DNA of 62,587 nt, the filler included. It is 5 parts of 5 records of this genome, joined end to end, with 100 filler letters (N's around TTAATTAATTAA, not from the genome) between each part and the next. Parts side by side here need not be neighbours in the genome. Positions count along the whole stretch, not along the records: positions 58,180 to 62,587 come from SRR20825010_4960; 4 more parts are not named here. One strand, 5' to 3'. The notes under the pieces were generated by a model that made no database searches, was not told the DNA's origin, and was given only the letters and a program-made list of their open reading frames with translations. Below, piece by piece: positions 59,478 to 62,587 of the stretch (its first letter is position 1; the number at the start of each line of letters is the position of its first letter). Made by a program: the position numbers and the translations under genes.

Positions 59478-61301
59478 TCACGCGGTGAGTGTTGGCATCG
59501 CCTCGCCCGCGCTGGCCCGCATGAACAAGGCCGGGCCCTTGGTGATCCGCTGCCCCGGCTTAAGCGACCACTCGCCGCCCCACGCGGCTAGCTCTTCGAG
59601 CGGGGCCTTGAAGCCGGAGTTGGGGTCGTCCGGGTCGTTCAGCGGCGAGCAGTTCCACGCACGCCAGAGTTCGGCCATTTTGTTGGGGAGGGCGGGGAAG
59701 AGGAGGAGGGAGGCGATACGGATCGATTCAGCGCAGGCGTAGAGGATCGCGCTCAGCGCTGCAAAACCATCTGGCTCCTCATCCAGACGCTTGGCCAATG
59801 TAAATGGTGCCGTGTAGCTGATGAACTCGTCGACAAAATCTACCAGACGACTGCCCGCACCCAGCACGCCTACAAGATCGAAGTTCTCGAATGACTGCTT
59901 TGCCTCAGGAACGAAGAGCCGCTGAGTTCTTTGGATGAAATCAAACCCTTGCTCATGTACCACCGGATTGCCGGCGGCCGCTCGAGCACGCGAAGCCACA
60001 TCGAGCGGAGCATCACCCTCGCCTCGATGGAAGAATTCGCAACGCGATTCTGTGGCAGGAATCTTGCCCTCGAAGTACTTTTCCAGCATATTTGCGACTC
60101 GGCTCGCGCTATTGCCGATGCTGTTCGCCAGATCTGCGTTGTACACCTCCACAAACTTCGCGTGCGCAAAGTCCGCGTCGTTGGCACCCAGCGGCCCGTT
60201 GGTCGCGAGGAACCACCGCACCGCGTCGATCCCCATCGGCCGCGGCTCGCGCCCTTCCTTCTCGGCCTGCTTCCGCTCCGCGTCGAGCACCCAGTTGCTG
60301 TACGCCTCCAACTGATCGATCTCGATGAAGTTGCCCAGGCTCTTGGACATCTTCGTGCCCTCGGCGACGAAGTAGGCGTGCGCGTAGACCACCTCGGGCA
60401 GCTTCTTGTCCATCGCCATCAGCATCGCCGGCCACACGACGGCGTGGAACCACAGGATGTCTTTAGCCATCACGTGCACCGCAGCGGGCCAGTACCTCTC
60501 GCGGCTGCCGCCCTCGGCGGCCGCCGTGCTCGGCTCGCGCTCGTTGTCCACCGCGCTCAGATAATTGCACAGCGCCTCGATCCACACATACACCCGGTGC
60601 GACGGATCGCCCGGCATCAGAATGCCCCAGTCGGCGTCGCCCTCCTTGACCGCGCGGCTCACCGGCACGTCGTTAAGCCCCTGCTTGAGCCGACCGAGCA
60701 CCTCGTTCTTACGCGCCTCGGGCAGGATGCGGTAGCCGCCCGGCTCGCCGGCCTCGCCCTTCCGCAGCGCTTCGTGCAGCCGCTCCTCGTACTTGCTCAA
60801 CCGGAAGAAGTAGTTCTTCTCGATCCGCTCCTCCAGCGGCTTGCCCGTCACCGGACTCTTGAACCCCGCTTCCTTGGCGACCGTCTCGGTCAAATACTCC
60901 TCCTGCGAGGGGTCGTACCAGCCCTTGTAGTCGCCGAGGTAGATATCGCCTGAGTCCATCAGTTGCTTGATGTAGGCGCTGGCCCGGGCCTTGTGCCGCT
61001 CCTGGCTGGTCCGCATGAAGTCGTCGGCATGGATCGACATCAGGTCGAAGGCCTTCACGAACTCGGCGGCGTTGATGTCCGCCCACTCCTGCGGCGAGTG
61101 CCCCCGCTCCCGGGCCGTCGTCACCACCTTCTCGGCGTGCTCGTCGGTCCCTGTCAGGAAGAAGACATCCCGCCCCAGCAGCCGGGCAAATCGGGCCGCC
61201 ACATCGGCCACGGTGGTGGTGTAGCAGTGCCCGATGTGCGGCCGGTCGTTGACGTAGTAGATAGGCGTCGTGATGTAGTACGGTGTCTTCTCGGTGGACA
61301 T
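59478..61301 (-). CDS. metG: Methionine--tRNA ligase
   Basis: YITTPIYYVN..PHIGH, LTGTDEH, YVWIEAL, KDIL.FH, KMSKS. Confidence 0.97.
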   Translation of the reverse strand: MSTEKTPYYITTPIYYVNDRPHIGHCYTTTVADVAARFARLLGRDVFFLTGTDEHAEKVVTTARERGHSPQEWADINAAEFVKAFDLMSIHADDFMRTSQERHKARASAYIKQLMDSGDIYLGDYKGWYDPSQEEYLTETVAKEAGFKSPVTGKPLEERIEKNYFFRLSKYEERLHEALRKGEAGEPGGYRILPEARKNEVLGRLKQGLNDVPVSRAVKEGDADWGILMPGDPSHRVYVWIEALCNYLSAVDNEREPSTAAAEGGSRERYWPAAVHVMAKDILWFHAVVWPAMLMAMDKKLPEVVYAHAYFVAEGTKMSKSLGNFIEIDQLEAYSNWVLDAERKQAEKEGREPRPMGIDAVRWFLATNGPLGANDADFAHAKFVEVYNADLANSIGNSASRVANMLEKYFEGKIPATESRCEFFHRGEGDAPLDVASRARAAAGNPVVHEQGFDFIQRTQRLFVPEAKQSFENFDLVGVLGAGSRLVDFVDEFISYTAPFTLAKRLDEEPDGFAALSAILYACAESIRIASLLLFPALPNKMAELWRAWNCSPLNDPDDPNSGFKAPLEELAAWGGEWSLKPGQRITKGPALFMRASAGEAMPTLTA

Positions 61302-61389
61302 GGCGGGAGTGTAGGAGCGGGCCGTACCTTCGCCGAGAGTTCACGCAGGGCCCGTTGCCCCGGCACAGGCGGCGCGGTAGAACGCTCTC

Positions 61390-62370
61390 ATGGACACCGC
61401 CACCTCCCGCCGCTCTCTGCTGGCCGCCGGCTCGCTCGCCCTCATGCCGGGATTGGTCCCCGGCCTGGCCGGCTCCCGGGCGGCCGCGGACACCCTCGCC
61501 GGCCGCTCGCTCACCGGGCGGGGCCGGGCCGCGGAGCCCGCCATCCGCCTGGCCACGCTCACCGACATCCATTACGCCGACGCCGACCCCCGCGGCAACC
61601 GCTACTACCGCGACTCGATCCCCAAGGTCGCCAAGGCCATCGAAGCGATCAACGAGTCTGCCGTCGCCTCGCCGCTGGCCTTCACCGCCGTGCTCGGCGA
61701 CCTCATTGACTCCCGCGACACCCCCATCGAGGAGGGCGGGCTTGAGCAGGAGATCGGCTATCTCAAGACCATCGAGTCCCACCTGGCCACGCTCAACACC
61801 GACCGCCACTACGTCTTCGGCAACCACTGCATCCACACGCTGACCAAGGACGAGTTCGCCGAGCACTCGGCCGCGAGGGCCTCGTTCTACTCCTTCGACC
61901 GCCCCTTCACCCGCGGCACCGGCTCGCTGCACGTCGTCGTGCTGGACGCGTGCTTTACCTCCGACGGCACGCCCTACGGCCGGCGCAACTTCCACTGGAC
62001 CGACGCCAACATCCCCGACCACGAGCTCCGCTGGCTCAAGGCCGACCTCGAGGCCACCAACTCCCCCACGATCGTCCTCACCCACCAACGCCTCGACGGC
62101 GAGGGAAACACGACTATCCGCAACGCCCCGGCCGCCCGGGAAATCCTGCAGGAGTCCGGCAAGGTGCTCGGGGTGGTCCAGGGCCACCACCACGAGAACA
62201 GCCTCAGCGTGATCGAGGGCATCCCGTATCTCGTGATGCGGGCGGTGGTTGAGGGTCCGGGCGTCGAGAATCACGCCTTCGGGCTCATCGAGGTCCACGC
62301 CGACCACTCGCTGCTGGTGCACGGCTTCGGGACGCAGGCAAACCACGAGTTTGCGCGGGCCAGCAGGTAG
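61390..62370 (+). CDS. Tat-exported calcineurin-like metallophosphoesterase
   Basis: SRRSLL twin-arginine signal; DIH, GDLID, GNH and GHHH metal motifs. Confidence 0.9.
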   Translation: MDTATSRRSLLAAGSLALMPGLVPGLAGSRAAADTLAGRSLTGRGRAAEPAIRLATLTDIHYADADPRGNRYYRDSIPKVAKAIEAINESAVASPLAFTAVLGDLIDSRDTPIEEGGLEQEIGYLKTIESHLATLNTDRHYVFGNHCIHTLTKDEFAEHSAARASFYSFDRPFTRGTGSLHVVVLDACFTSDGTPYGRRNFHWTDANIPDHELRWLKADLEATNSPTIVLTHQRLDGEGNTTIRNAPAAREILQESGKVLGVVQGHHHENSLSVIEGIPYLVMRAVVEGPGVENHAFGLIEVHADHSLLVHGFGTQANHEFARASR

Positions 62371-62503
62371 CAGCAGGCGGCGAACCTCACGCCGCGGTTT
62401 GGCCCCGGGCCCCGGCCCCGATACCCTACCGGTCTGCCCACGAAGAGGAACCGGGGCCCGCGGCGGCTGTTGGTCCTCCGATGCACCCCGGAATCCGCCT
62501 CCT

Positions 62504-62587
62504 ATGGAGAGAGCCGAGTTCGAGACACTCGCCCTGGAACACCTCGACTCGGTGTACCGGCTCGCCCTGCGCCTCACCCGGAACGGC
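62504..62587 (+). CDS. ECF sigma-70 factor, 5' fragment (runs off window)
   Basis: MERAEFETLALEHLDSVYRLALRLTRNG resembles the start of ECF region 2. Confidence 0.75.
   Translation, partial: MERAEFETLALEHLDSVYRLALRLTRNG

Noticed and set aside
62400-62465. GGCCCC-rich short repeats after the phosphoesterase
   Set aside because: Low-complexity GC-rich sequence, at most a terminator-like stem

Overview
This window is not one locus. It is five unrelated contigs joined by 100-nt N spacers that carry a TTAATTAATTAA six-frame stop linker (19574-19673, 30942-31041, 39644-39743, 58080-58179), so gene neighbourhoods are only valid within a block. Taxonomic labels below are inferred from gene content and composition. 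Block A (1-19573, alphaproteobacterium-like): a hydantoinase/oxoprolinase + DUF917 + TonB receptor + NCS1 permease operon with a convergent MalT-like regulator; a tandem pair of secreted S9 peptidases, the second of which has lost its catalytic residues; and a reductive pyrimidine catabolism operon (preT-preA-nitrilase-NCS1-hydA) behind a RutR-like box. Block B (19674-30941, Alcanivorax-like): a methyltransferase, an alpha/beta-hydrolase-PilZ fusion and the core proA-nadD-rsfS-rlmH-mrdA-rodA-mltB-rlpA-dac cluster. Block C (31042-39643, Rhizobiales-like): a xylose-type ABC transporter, an unannotated CCUCCUCCC-loop sRNA, LysR, purU, aminobutyraldehyde dehydrogenase and a polyamine ABC transporter interrupted by a perfect 19-bp inverted repeat. 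Block D (39744-58079, Marinobacter-like): an accessory stress/detox region with a HAD-Crp/Fnr-cytochrome P460 unit, a GMC oxidoreductase remnant, a SoxR/MerR-type promoter driving an internally deleted FMN reductase and an N-terminally extended arylamine N-acetyltransferase, and katG. Block E (58180-62587, Phycisphaerae/Planctomycetes-like): DinB, a double zinc-ribbon protein, metG with a low-GC internal patch, a Tat metallophosphoesterase and the start of an ECF sigma factor. The best candidates for new biology are the active/dead S9 peptidase pair, the DUF917-hydantoinase-TonB scavenging operon, the Crp/Fnr-P460 unit, the SoxR-type NAT unit, the hydrolase-PilZ fusion and the mosaic metG. I saw no rRNA, tRNA, CRISPR array or intact transposase.
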